Positions 32,669 to 43,889 of a stretch of DNA of 64,000 bases are shown in pieces. Source of the DNA: an uncultured Methanoregulaceae archaeon (GTDB lineage: Archaea; Halobacteriota; Methanomicrobia; Methanomicrobiales; Methanospirillaceae); contig CAVTTL010000001.1 in assembly GCA_963737635.1 (NCBI GenBank), forward strand, positions 640,001-704,000, in the 5' to 3' direction. Each line of letters opens with the position of its first letter. Position 1 is the stretch's first letter. The notes under the pieces are model-generated. The model ran no database searches. It was not told where the DNA came from and worked only from the letters and a program-made list of their open reading frames with translations. A program made the translations under genes and the position numbers.

Positions 32669-32722
32669 CGTTATCAGATGAAAGTATATACCATATGGGT
32701 TAAAAAGATAATCCTTACTTTT

Positions 32723-33895
32723 ATGGATGGATCCATTCGGATTGGACGTCTTCTCGGTATCCCGATCCTGCTTCACTGGACATTCCTGATCATCGTCCCC
32801 TTCTTTGCCTGGGTCATCGGTATCCAGATCTCGGAGACCGCAGTTACCTTCGGGAGCCTGTTTGGGTGGCCGGTGGATGGGCTGGTTACGTGGCTGGGAC
32901 TGGCTCAAATCCAGATTGATACCTCCCTGCTGACGGCAGGTTATGTCCCGTGGATTCTCGGCACTATCGTCGCCCTCGGCCTCTTCTTCGGGGTGCTCGT
33001 CCACGAGCTTGCACATTCCCTGGTTGCCAAGTCAAAGGGAATAAAGATCCAGAGCATCACGCTTTTGATGTTCGGCGGCGTCTCACAGATGGAGGAGGGG
33101 ATGCCGGAACCACGGACAGAGCTTCCCATGGCGCTTGCCGGGCCGATAACAAGTCTTCTCTTTGGTCTTCTCTGCTGTGGACTTGTTTACCTCACACCGG
33201 CCATCACACCGGACCCTTCCCTGCAGGGCGTCCTTATCTTTCTCTTCGGGTATATCGGTGTACTCAACATTATCCTCTTTGCGTTCAACCTGATTCCTGC
33301 CTTTCCCATGGACGGGGGACGCGTGCTCCGGGCGGTGCTTGCAGCCCGGATGCCCCTCGATCGTGCAACACGAATCGCAGCAAACATCGGTAAAGGCTTC
33401 GCTATTATTTTCGGTATTGTTGGCCTGTTCTATTCGCCGTTATTGATCCTGATCGCTCTCTTTGTTTTCATCGGGGCGGGATTAGAGTCGACCGCAGTCC
33501 AGTACAACGTCCTGCTGCGGGATGTGACCGTGGGCGATATGATGAGCTCCCCGGTAATCACCGTACCCACAACCATGCCCGTGGTAAAAGTGATCGAAAT
33601 GATGTACGCAAGCAAGCACCTTGGGTTTCCTGTCGTTGAACGCGATACCCTTGTGGGTATGGTGACGCTCGTAGATGTGAATCGTACCTCGCCGATAGAC
33701 CGCGAAGCAATGCAGGTAAAGGATGTTATGAGCCGGAATATTGTCACCCTTCCGCCTACGGCATCGGTCATAGATGCTCTCCGGATCATGTCAATCCACA
33801 ACATCGGCCGGATACCCATCGTGCACGAAGACCGGATCGTCGGGATCGTCACCCGCACCGATATCCTGAAAGTCACTGAGTTGAAAAAGATCTAA
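32723..33895 (+). CDS. Site-2 protease (M50) with CBS domains
   Basis: HELAH, NLIPAFPMDGG, tandem CBS domains. Confidence 0.95.
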   Translation: MDGSIRIGRLLGIPILLHWTFLIIVPFFAWVIGIQISETAVTFGSLFGWPVDGLVTWLGLAQIQIDTSLLTAGYVPWILGTIVALGLFFGVLVHELAHSLVAKSKGIKIQSITLLMFGGVSQMEEGMPEPRTELPMALAGPITSLLFGLLCCGLVYLTPAITPDPSLQGVLIFLFGYIGVLNIILFAFNLIPAFPMDGGRVLRAVLAARMPLDRATRIAANIGKGFAIIFGIVGLFYSPLLILIALFVFIGAGLESTAVQYNVLLRDVTVGDMMSSPVITVPTTMPVVKVIEMMYASKHLGFPVVERDTLVGMVTLVDVNRTSPIDREAMQVKDVMSRNIVTLPPTASVIDALRIMSIHNIGRIPIVHEDRIVGIVTRTDILKVTELKKI

Positions 33896-33905
33896 CTACC
33901 GGCTT

Positions 33906-35568
33906 TTACCATTCGAGGAGAAGATCAAGCGGCGAACTTCCCGCGATTTTTTTGAATGCTGCCACATCCGCAAACGGGCGCTTTGCCATGACAGCCGCCA
34001 CCCGTTTCTTCCCGACTCCGGGCATCCACCGGAGGGCAGACGCTGACAGGGTATTGACATTGAGCGGGAGCGAGAGGGCTGTTACGGAACGCATGCCCCA
34101 GTCAACGACAACGGCATCGACGACCGTCCGGACCGGGATCTGCACCGGGATGCCAACGAGAATCGGGTACGAGCCGGGTTGCCGGCCGAACGAGAGGTCC
34201 CCGGATATCTCAATCCGCACGTCACGGAGTACCGTCCCGATCGGGAATACACGCTGGAGCATCGGCAGATCGATCTTCTGGCGGACAAACTCCTTGAACG
34301 CCTTGAAACGCCGGTCGTTTTTTCCGAGGGTGTTGTTGGTATATACCGGTGTTCCTTCAAACGGCATCACCTGCCGGATGTTGATGCGCCGGATCATCAG
34401 CCCGGCGTCAAGCACACGGGTCAGGAAATGCTCATTTTTCTCATAGGTCGCCTGCGTTTCCCCGGCAAGTCCACAGACAAAGTTAAGGCCGGGCAGCAGT
34501 TCCGGAATCCCCTCCCGGCGCTTCCCGCCGATCTCGTTAACAATCTCGATGGCCCGGAAGACCTCGTCCGGCTGCGCCTTGAGGTTGTTTGCCGTGATTA
34601 CCGCCGGGTCGGCAGTTTCCATACCGAAAGCGGCGACATCCCCCGGTGTGTGATACCGGATAATTGCGGCGAGCGCCTCCCGGCTTTTTTCTTCGTGCCG
34701 GGCAATGGTTGCCGGATTCGTGTTGTCGATATGGAGCGTTTTGAGCGCTGGTGCCGAGACGCGAATCGCGGAAAAGAGGTCTTCAAGGAGATCCGGGCGT
34801 GGTGTCGGGTATTCACCTTCTCCTGCACCGTATGTCAGAATATCCGGCTGCCGGCCGACCCGGAAGTGCAGCGCTCCGTTCGCGGCGAGAGCGGCAACCT
34901 CGGCGGCGATGCCAGTTACCGATCGGTATCTCGGCCTGCCGTAGAATGATTCGGTGCAGAACGAGCACCCGCCGGTCACCCCGTGGGAGCAGCCCCGGGC
35001 AGTCTCGAGCTCGCACATCACATACGGAAAGTCAGGGTGCTGCGTAATGATACCGGCTCCTGCAACACTCCACGGATCGGTCAGTGAGTAATCGAAGATC
35101 CCGGCGGGCTCATCCCCGTTGAGAAACCGATCGAGTGCAACGGCCGGATCGCCGGTGAGCAGACTATCAAACCCGGTGATCTGTTCCCGGATTGCCTTTT
35201 TTCCTCCTTCACCCGCATACCCGAACCCTATGGGACCGCCGATCAGTTTTTGCGGGCCGCGAATCATATGTCCCACCTGGTGGAGCTCGGTAAGCGTCGC
35301 TGGCGTGCCGCCAAGGTACTTTCCCGGCACCGTTACCCCTGCTATCACGACAACAAGGCCGGCCCGGTCCATAACGGGAAGCAGATCCGGATCGTTCCTG
35401 AGCTGGTCGATGGTGATGTACCTGATGGCAAAACCATGGCTCATGAGGGCCCCGGCGACCGTCCGGATATAGGGTGAAATATACGGCGGGACACCAAGGC
35501 ATGCGGGTTCATCGACATACCCGTCGAGGATGACGGCAGTTTTGCCCTGGTCTGCGTCAGTCTGTCAT
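33906..35568 (-). CDS. Radical SAM protein (archaeal family); start codon out of frame by one base
   Basis: [12 protein letters not shown]; the upstream in-frame segment [21 protein letters not shown] is the family N-terminus. Confidence 0.85.
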
Positions 35569-36184
35569 GGCCGATCAGGGCAAGAAGTCTCTTTGCCCAC
35601 ATAAGTTTTCCCCGTTTGACCGGGTCAACATTCAAGTCATCAAGATCAAAGCCGACCAAGGTGATCGTTCCTGCGCCAAGAGCGTCTGCAGCGAAGACCG
35701 CCCGGTCACCATCAGAAAAGCCGCCGAAATTATGGACGTGGGCTAACGGCCTGCTTTGCGTTGTGGCAACAACAGGTCCGGGGAGCCGTTTTACCCAGTG
35801 CCGGAGGAGCGGCATATTGTCGCCATGTGCATGCACTACGACGATAGTACCGGCCCGGTTCATTTCGATCAGCAGATCGGTCGCTCCGTCAAGGTCGGTA
35901 AATATTGCATCGGGCCGGATGCCGTGCGTAAAAAGAACATCGGCAGCCGCGTCCGCAGCGAATATCACGCTACCTTTTGGGATACGATCAAGATCCCGTT
36001 CTAAGGACGGCCCATTCCCGCAGATGGTAACAGAGTGACCCTTCACCAGTTTCGAAAGTGCAGGAAGGTCATCGCGATCGACCAAGGTGGCAAGGAGTGC
36101 CGCGGCTTTCTCATCGTCCTCACGGGAAAATCCGAAGTACGCAAGGATCTCGCAATAATGAGGCTCCCATGTGGCAAAATCCAT
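35555..36184 (-). CDS. mptE: 6-hydroxymethyl-7,8-dihydropterin pyrophosphokinase MptE (DUF115)
   Basis: GNGPSL, AAD, TDLDG, HAHGDN, NFGGFSDGDRA; the ORF-track end at 35441 probably reflects an indel near 35560. Confidence 0.85.
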
Positions 36185-36227
36185 AGTTTACCGGGATCCT
36201 TCCCGGAAATACGGGGCACCAGAAGAG

Positions 36228-37698
36228 TTATTCTTCATTTTTCCTGTCCTCGTTTTCGAGACCGACGAGGTTTTTGAACTTCTGGAGAATAGGTTCGATG
36301 GTGATCTCAAGGAGCGCTACTTTGTCCGAGACATTCCCGAAATAATGGAGTGGCAGGTTTGCTGCTGCCATATTCGGGTGTCCCCCCGCGTCTCCCATGT
36401 CCCCGAACGCCTCGGCAAGAGCGTTCCCTACGTGGAGCCGGATGTCGCGGTTCCGGGCCGAGATGACGATCGAGGTATCGGTGATACCGTATACGAGAGC
36501 TCGTGTTCACCCCTTCGAGCGTAATGAGCAGATCGGCTGCCTGGGGAAGGGCATCGCGGTTCATGACGTAGCCGACATTCGAAAAAAGATACCCGCTCTG
36601 GATCTTCCGGTTCTGGATCGCTTTTCCCATCACGTCGATGGTCTCCTGCGACATGGACGGCGACATGATCTTGTCGAGAAGATCCGAGTCTGTAAGGGGA
36701 AGGAGAAAACCGGCGTTCCCGAGGTCCTGGGGGGTGACGTTCCGCTTGAATTCCTTGGTATCCGTCCTGATGCCGTACAGGAGCGCGGTAGCCACCCTTT
36801 TGTCGACCGGGATATCGAGCTCCTGGAGGTACTGGGTCATGATGCTTGCCGTCGCACCGATACCCGGCCTGATATCCGTGAATGTACCCTGGCCGGCTGC
36901 GTGGCTCCCGTCTTTGTGATGGTCGATGATAATCTGGATTTTCGTCTGGGGGGGAACGTCATTATTCGCTCCCGGGCCCGAACAGTCCACCATAGCAAGG
37001 TACGAACATTTCTGGAGTGCTTCCGGCGTCAGGTGCTCCATCTTGATATCGAGGAGGTTAACGAACGTCCGGTTCTCCTGGTGCCCGATGTTGCCTTCGT
37101 AGAATATCCGGGTCGTAAGGGTCTTTGAGTTCGCGTGGCGTGCGATCTCGGCAAGAGCCATAGCGCTTGCAATGGCATCCGGGTCCGGGTTTTTATGAGT
37201 GATGATCCCGAGGATGCCGTCCCAGCCGGCGAGGAGCGAGAAGAGTCTTTGTGAGATCCGGCTCGCGTGCTGTTTTTTGATCTGGAAGACCGCGGTCTTT
37301 GCAACCACTTCCTGTGGGTAGAGGACGAGATCTGCCCCGGCGGCCGTGAGCTTGCCACCGGTTACCGGGTCAATCGCCCGGGCGATTACCTGAACAGACG
37401 GGTACCGTTTTTTGATGGTGGTGACTGCGGCGAGGTTCGTGTCTGCGTCGCCGGTCATCACAAACGCGATCTCGAATGCCGGGAGCCCGATAAGCATATC
37501 CGGTGATAAAATGTCCCGCGTGTACGCGTCGTACTTCTGGTCGCGGAGGTGACGGACCCTCGTCTCGTCGCGGTCAATGACAATCACGCGTTCGTTTTCC
37601 TTTGCGAGTTCGAGGATGATATTGTACCCGTTGGTCCCGCACCCGAAGATGCAGTACTTTATCGGGGCTGCTGACTCAAGACCGGCAGTGTCAGGCAT
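36228..37698 (-). CDS. TrkA-N + DHH/DHHA1 phosphoesterase (frameshift near 36500)
   Basis: GCGTNG Rossmann motif, HKNPDPD, IIDHH; the alternate frame continues ALVYG..SARNRD..GGH. Confidence 0.87.
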
Positions 37699-37806
37699 GT
37701 AAGAAAAAGATGGGCATGCCCACGTATAAAGGGATTCTCCAGGCATCTGGGATTAGGAGTTCCAAAACATTTATTCGGCCGTAACGGCCACATTATTAGG
37801 CTACGT

Positions 37807-37881
37807 GGGTCTGTCAGCTCAGTTCGGCATAGCGGCGGACTCTTAATCCGCAGGTCAAGGGTTCAAATCCCTTCAGGCCCG
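37807..37881 (+). tRNA. tRNA-Lys (CTT)
   Basis: Acceptor stem GGGTCTG/CAGGCCC, anticodon arm GCGGA-CT-CTT-AA-TCCGC, T arm AAGGG-TTCAAAT-CCCTT; irregular D arm. Confidence 0.9.
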
Positions 37882-37957
37882 CTTCTTTTGTATTTTGATG
37901 TGCAATATCTTGTAATCGCAGCTGGTGCGTTGCCGTGACTTAAGGTGAATGACTTCA

Positions 37958-38282
37958 TCACAATACTAAGTTAGTATTTAAGGTCACCGATATCGCACTC
38001 GTACCTTTTGTCAGAAACGTGCCGAGCTTATCCAGCTGTTGATTAAAGCCCCCTTGCATTCCTTGTACCGCCATACCGGCTTTTGGTCCGGTTGCGTTTA
38101 TCGTGACTTTCAGTTTCAGTTTGGTCTTGCCATTCTCAGGGATCGGGGTAAGTTCGGTCACCTGATCGATTTCTGTGGCTTCTTTTTGTCCCTCAGTCCA
38201 GGCTTTGGCCGCGTATGACAGCTTCGAATTCGTCTCCACCACCGTAAACGTGCCTTCCATCGGCCATCTCGTTCCTTTGTAG
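37958..38282 (-). pseudogene. 5'-truncated SRPBCC/AHSA1-like gene remnant
   Basis: YKGTRWPMEGTFTVVE..KLSY..ENGKTKL..GMQGGFNQQLDKL; the frame runs straight into the terminal CRISPR repeat. Confidence 0.65.
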
Positions 38283-41200
38283 TTTAGTCCGATTCAAACG
38301 TAAGCTGGTGAACGTACCCAATCGAGTATGCACCGTATTTCAATCCTAATTTAGTCCGATTCAAACCACCGGTCCACTTCCTCAACCATATGGTAACGGT
38401 TCTTTGATTTCAATCCTAATTTAGTCCGATTCAAACGATAACAAGATCACCGTCCAGCGTATGCGGATTATTCATTTCAATCCTAATTTAGTCCGATTCA
38501 AACGGGCAAAATCCCACATTGCCGATATTTATCCGGGGATTTCAATCCTAATTTAGTCCGATTCAAACGCCCGAAATCGTCCGAGTAGGACATCTGATTG
38601 TTTATTTCAATCCTAATTTAGTCCGATTCAAACTTTCTCTGAGGCATTGATCTGCAGTGCGGTATTGTTATTTCAATCCTAATTTAGTCCGATTCAAACG
38701 TATCTCGCCGAAGGCGTGCTCGTAGGATGCGATCTCAGATTTCAATCCTAATTTAGTCCGATTCAAACCTTATGACCCGGGTCCTGCCCGGGAGGGCCCT
38801 GTTGATTTCAATCCTAATTTAGTCCGATTCAAACTCCAGGATTCCGCCTCACCTCATGGCGATGATTCCCCATTTCAATCCTAATTTAGTCCGATTCAAA
38901 CCCGTCTACCGGACCGTTTGCTCTGGCACCGGGTTTATTTCAATCCTAATTTAGTCCGATTCAAACACGTACCTCCTCTCGCACACGGCAGTTCCGCCGG
39001 GAAATTTCAATCCTAATTTAGTCCGATTCAAACCGTTGGTCGCTGGGCGTTTCCCCGCTGAACGATGTTATTTCAATCCTAATTTAGTCCGATTCAAACA
39101 CGGCACGGTGAATCAGACCTGCATCGGGCCGTTGTGCATTTCAATCCTAATTTAGTCCGATTCAAACTCAAGGATTCAACGATGCAAACGAAATCCTCCA
39201 CACCATTTCAATCCTAATTTAGTCCGATTCAAACCAGCGATGTGCTTCTTGCGTTGGGGGGTATCATCCTATTTCAATCCTAATTTAGTCCGATTCAAAC
39301 TTGAAAAGACAGATTATAAAAAGGACGGTTAACGAAATTTCAATCCTAATTTAGTCCGATTCAAACTGCTTGAGGCTCGCGGGTTTACCTGTGTTCCTCA
39401 AAATTTCAATCCTAATTTAGTCCGATTCAAACGACCATCACTCACCTCCCACGGCTTTCAGGTACGGCATTTCAATCCTAATTTAGTCCGATTCAAACCG
39501 ACGGTCTGGCTTTCTTCAGGATCCGTGATACCGATTTCAATCCTAATTTAGTCCGATTCAAACTGCCCGAAGGTGCCGGGGAAGTCAGCGAAGATACCAT
39601 TTCAATCCTAATTTAGTCCGATTCAAACATCATGGCGCCACGATCGATGAGATCGTCCAGAAGAATTTCAATCCTAATTTAGTCCGATTCAAACCTCAGC
39701 CAGGCGCAGTCCGCATACTCGTACGCGACATTTCAATCCTAATTTAGTCCGATTCAAACCACGAGCGTTTTCACGTCACTGGTGATGCCCGTCGTATTTC
39801 AATCCTAATTTAGTCCGATTCAAACATTCCCCGGGCTCGGCACGACGACGGTGATATTCTCATTTCAATCCTAATTTAGTCCGATTCAAACGTTATCGTG
39901 GTTTTCTCGGTCGCGGTGAACTGTTTGATTTCAATCCTAATTTAGTCCGATTCAAACCCCCGGCGATGGCATCGTGCGACATCAGGAAATATAATTTCAA
40001 TCCTAATTTAGTCCGATTCAAACCGTTGTCCTTGATCTTCTGGCAGTGGACCATGGCTCATTTCAATCCTAATTTAGTCCGATTCAAACCCTCAGTCATC
40101 TGAAGAGAGGACTTCATGGCTTCCCATTTCAATCCTAATTTAGTCCGATTCAAACCGTGGTGAGTCGGCAGCGTCTCCGACCGGGGGCTCGTATTTCAAT
40201 CCTAATTTAGTCCGATTCAAACTTGATTCAGGTCGATCGGAGTGGTGCAGGATATTGTTATTTCAATCCTAATTTAGTCCGATTCAAACGCCGGGTATAT
40301 GCCGAACAATTCACTAGCTACGGAATTTCAATCCTAATTTAGTCCGATTCAAACACCTCGTCGGGATCTGCCCGAAAACCCAGATATTTTATTTCAATCC
40401 TAATTTAGTCCGATTCAAACCCATCGTTCAGACCCCCATGAGGACTGGACGCATCTCATTTCAATCCTAATTTAGTCCGATTCAAACGATGCCGACCTCA
40501 CGGGTGCCAACCTCAAGCGTGCCGACCTCAATTTCAATCCTAATTTAGTCCGATTCAAACGTGGTGGTATTGCACAGCAGGATCCGACGTTACTAAACCC
40601 ATTTCAATCCTAATTTAGTCCGATTCAAACAGAGCAAGGGCAGCACATTCGCTTCCGCCAACATCTATTTCAATCCTAATTTAGTCCGATTCAAACCCGG
40701 ATCGGTTTGCCTGCGAAGGCCTCTGCGAAGGCATTTCAATCCTAATTTAGTCCGATTCAAACACCATGGGATGTCATACACAAGACGTTCTGTTTCACAG
40801 ATTTCAATCCTAATTTAGTCCGATTCAAACTTTATATGGTCGCACCGAAAAAAGAATCTGTGGCACATTTCAATCCTAATTTAGTCCGATTCAAACTTTA
40901 TATGGTCGCACCGAAAAAAGAATCTGTGGCACATTTCAATCCTAATTTAGTCCGATTCAAACACCCGTCACGGCTCAGGCTGTGGCATCTGATGCGACAT
41001 TTCAATCCTAATTTAGTCCGATTCAAACTGGCGAAACCCCAATTCACATCTTCGAGCTTCTTGATCATTTCAATCCTAATTTAGTCCGATTCAAACAGTA
41101 GGTGCCGCTGCGCAACAGGCCGAACAAGCCATATTTCAATCCTAATTTAGTCCGATTCAAACAATGTCTCGGTAATAGCAAAAGGTGCCCCAGTTGATAT

Positions 41201-41463
41201 TTCAATCCTAATTTAGTCCGATTCAAACCGGAGAGCAATGCATGGCACTCTGATTCGAATTTCAATCCTAATTTAGTCCGATTCAAACCGTGCTGTAAAC
41301 GATTCTGCAGTCCGGATTTCAATCCTAATTTAGTCCGATTCAAACTACTGAGATCTTGTCGTGGCAAGTATTTCAATCCTAATTTAGTCCGATTCAAACC
41401 ATACTCTCGCATCCGACCGGATATGCCATAGTTATTTCAATCCTAATTTAGTCCGATTCAAAC
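38283..41463 (-). CRISPR. CRISPR array, 30-bp repeat GTTTGAATCGGACTAAATTAGGATTGAAAT, 48 full repeats plus one truncated, 48 spacers (24-43 nt, mostly 35-38)
   Basis: Identical repeats counted by eye. Orientation from the ATTGAAAT 3' end, the leader next to cas2 and the degenerate repeat at the low-coordinate end. Confidence 0.99.
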
Positions 41464-41649
41464 ACGCCCCAAAATTGGGCCTTTTTCCCAGCAAAGTATG
41501 GAACTCTGCAGGTAGCGGGCTGAGAGGATGCTGTCGACGACAGACTTTTTCCCAGCAAAGTATGGAACTCTGGTGGTTCGATCATAGATAATCTGGGATC
41601 GGTAATAACGTTTTCACTATAAGAAGATCCCCGACAATCGAGGGAGAGA
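41464..41649 (-). promoter_or_regulatory. CRISPR leader
   Basis: Non-coding region between the cas2 stop and the first repeat. Confidence 0.8.
41481..41572. repeat. Perfect 28-bp direct repeat flanking a 36-bp unique insert in the leader
   Basis: CTTTTTCCCAGCAAAGTATGGAACTCTG at 41481-41508 and 41545-41572. Confidence 0.95.
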
Positions 41650-41913
41650 CTAGATAATAGAACACTGATCGGCCTTTTCAATTCCCATATTGTCGATCTT
41701 CACCAGATCCTGCGATCTGATCACATAAAAACGAACCGAATCCTCATCCTTTTTGATAATTTTTTTCAACCCGTATTCGATATCGGCAAACTGCCGGTCA
41801 GTCAGCTCTCCTTCAAACACCGAGTTCTGTACCCGGACAAGGTACCGGCGGAGATACTTGCAGACTTTTGCAACGCGCTCCACCGAGACATCGTAGACAA
41901 TAATCACGTACAT
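41650..41913 (-). CDS. cas2: CRISPR-associated endonuclease Cas2
   Basis: MYVIIVYDV, VQNSVFEG, DSVRFY. Confidence 0.97.
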   Translation of the reverse strand: MYVIIVYDVSVERVAKVCKYLRRYLVRVQNSVFEGELTDRQFADIEYGLKKIIKKDEDSVRFYVIRSQDLVKIDNMGIEKADQCSII

Positions 41914-41920
41914 CAGGGAA

Positions 41921-43024
41921 TCACCACCAGATTGCAAACGGCTTGTAATCCTTCATGCCGGTAAACTGCTTCCCGAGTTTGATGCACTCAAGATACACCA
42001 ATCGCTGGTACGAGACGTTTCTCCCAAGATCCCGGTGTTTGATAGTCGTCTCCAGTTTCTCGTTGAACTCGGTCAGGAAGACCCGTTTTCCCTTATCGTT
42101 GAGCAGGCACGAGCCGAGATCGGTCCGGAAATCCTCAGGCGAGATCATATCCTTGTTGACTAATTTGAAGATCACGCGGTCGACCAGCAGTGGTTTGAAA
42201 ATTTCAGAGACATCAAGCGAAAGCGAAAAACGTCGTTCCGACGGCTCGTGAAGGAACGAGATCGTCTGGTCGAGCTGGGTCTTGTAGATAGCGTTGATCG
42301 TCAGACCGTACACCAGTGAGTTCCCGAAACTGATCATGGCATTGAGCGGATTTGCCGGTGGTTGCCGGCTCCGGCCGCCAAACGAGAATCCGTTCTTGAG
42401 AATCTTGTCGAAGGTGCTGTAATAGAGGGAGCGGATGTTCCCTTCCGCGGCAAGCAGCTGCCCGACATTGTTGATCGTCTCTGCCTGCTCCACGAACGCC
42501 AGGATGTCCGCGATCTCCCGCTCGACCGGTTTTCCCTCGTTCCGGTAATATTCGAGATTTTTGAGGATATTTGCTGCCGAACCGGTCACGAACTTCTTTG
42601 CGAGAGCGAGCCGCTTCTTTGGGTCGAGATACCACGAGGCCTGCCGTATGTGCATCTCACCGGAGAGCAATGAATCCTTCGGGATGAGCGTACTCTCGTA
42701 GTGCCCGTAATAGCCAAAGAAATGGATCGGCACCGAATATTTCGAAAAGAACGATATCACCCCTGATGTAAGCGAGATCCTTCCGAAGGCAAAGATCGCA
42801 TCGGTCTGTTCTATCGGGAGCGGGCGCTTCTCATATTCCGGTGCATCGGAAATATCGTCCGGCTCAAGCGGGGATTCCTCACCCTCGTATTCCTCCACGA
42901 ACTCCGGTTTCTGCGCGGTGCCGGGTGTTTTCTCCGGGATTTCCTCCTTTTTGCTGACAAAATAGAGCGTGTTCTGTTTCCGGATCAGTTTCCCGTTCTT
43001 GATGAGGTAGAGGTTCTTTTTCAT
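41921..43024 (-). CDS. cas1: Cas1 (type I-B)
   Basis: AEGNIR..YY, NAMISFGNSLVY, FLHEP..RRFSLSLDVSEIFKP. Confidence 0.97.
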   Translation of the reverse strand: MKKNLYLIKNGKLIRKQNTLYFVSKKEEIPEKTPGTAQKPEFVEEYEGEESPLEPDDISDAPEYEKRPLPIEQTDAIFAFGRISLTSGVISFFSKYSVPIHFFGYYGHYESTLIPKDSLLSGEMHIRQASWYLDPKKRLALAKKFVTGSAANILKNLEYYRNEGKPVEREIADILAFVEQAETINNVGQLLAAEGNIRSLYYSTFDKILKNGFSFGGRSRQPPANPLNAMISFGNSLVYGLTINAIYKTQLDQTISFLHEPSERRFSLSLDVSEIFKPLLVDRVIFKLVNKDMISPEDFRTDLGSCLLNDKGKRVFLTEFNEKLETTIKHRDLGRNVSYQRLVYLECIKLGKQFTGMKDYKPFAIWW

Positions 43025-43026
43025 GA

Positions 43027-43542
43027 TCACACCCAGCAGAATTCCATGTACGCACATTTCCGGCAGTAGGTCTTTTTTTCCGGGGGCGGCGGGCTTTCGA
43101 GACTGATGATACCGGGAATGGCTGAAAGGATCCCTTCGAGTTCGGCCCGGGCGGCATCGGTGAGCTCAACATGCACCCGTTCCCGGCTCTCCGGGTAATC
43201 GAGGACGCCATCGACGTTCTGGAGCCCTTTGACGGTCACGAGATAATAGATGTAATACAGGAGCTGGTACCGGTGCGCGCGCTCCAGTTTCCTGGATTTT
43301 TTTACTTCGTGGACGGTGATCGTATCGCCGGTTTTGATAAAATCGATGCCGACCCGGTTGTCGATGATCACGTCCTTTTTCTCCCGCTCGTAGGATGTTT
43401 CGTGGATGAATCTTCCCATGGCAACGAGATCCGAGCCGGACTCCATGGTGATGTGATGCGTAAACAGCCAGAGTTTGGTTGTGCAGATGATGTAGTAGTT
43501 GACCTGCGTGCCGGTGAAAAGTTCCTGCGATGAGATGTCCAC
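43027..43542 (-). CDS. cas4: Cas4
   Basis: GTQVNYYIIC..KLWLF, IDF, HEVKKS, QLLYY, CRKCAY.EFC. Confidence 0.96.
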   Translation of the reverse strand: MDISSQELFTGTQVNYYIICTTKLWLFTHHITMESGSDLVAMGRFIHETSYEREKKDVIIDNRVGIDFIKTGDTITVHEVKKSRKLERAHRYQLLYYIYYLVTVKGLQNVDGVLDYPESRERVHVELTDAARAELEGILSAIPGIISLESPPPPEKKTYCRKCAYMEFCWV

Positions 43543-43603
43543 GAAGAGAGCGTGGGAGTGTGGGGGGATAAGGTTTGTGTGAGGAGGGAGCGCCAGGAGG
43601 CGA

Positions 43604-43889
43604 TTACAGCCACTTATACTTTTTATGAGCTTGCTCGATGGGTCATTATCTCGTTAACGAAAACAACGGCACCTTCGATTTCGTAAAAAGCGGTGAATGT
43701 GCGTCCGATATGGAACCGGTAAATTCTCACGCCCGGCGGAGGTTCAGGAGTTCCTTGTCTCCCCTTTTTTCCGGGGAACGGATCATATTCAAGGGATTTC
43801 AGGTAGGTTTCGATGATCCTTATGCTCTTGTCTCTTTGAAAATTGACGAATCCGATCGCATCGATATCGATGCTGACCTCAAACGTCAC
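43604..43889 (-). CDS. RelE/ParE-family toxin (several apparent indels)
   Basis: DPFPG..YRFHIGRTFTAFYEI; alternate frames restore GDKELL and IEQAHKKY. Confidence 0.75.

Noticed and set aside
41229-41240. Spacer start CGGAGAGCAATG matches cas1 at 42661-42672 (possible self-targeting)
   Set aside because: Only 12 contiguous nt; expected by chance given 48 spacers and 64 kb
40836-41412. ORFs with repeating peptides (HFNPNLVRFK / LNRTKLGLK)
   Set aside because: They are translations of the CRISPR repeats, not genes
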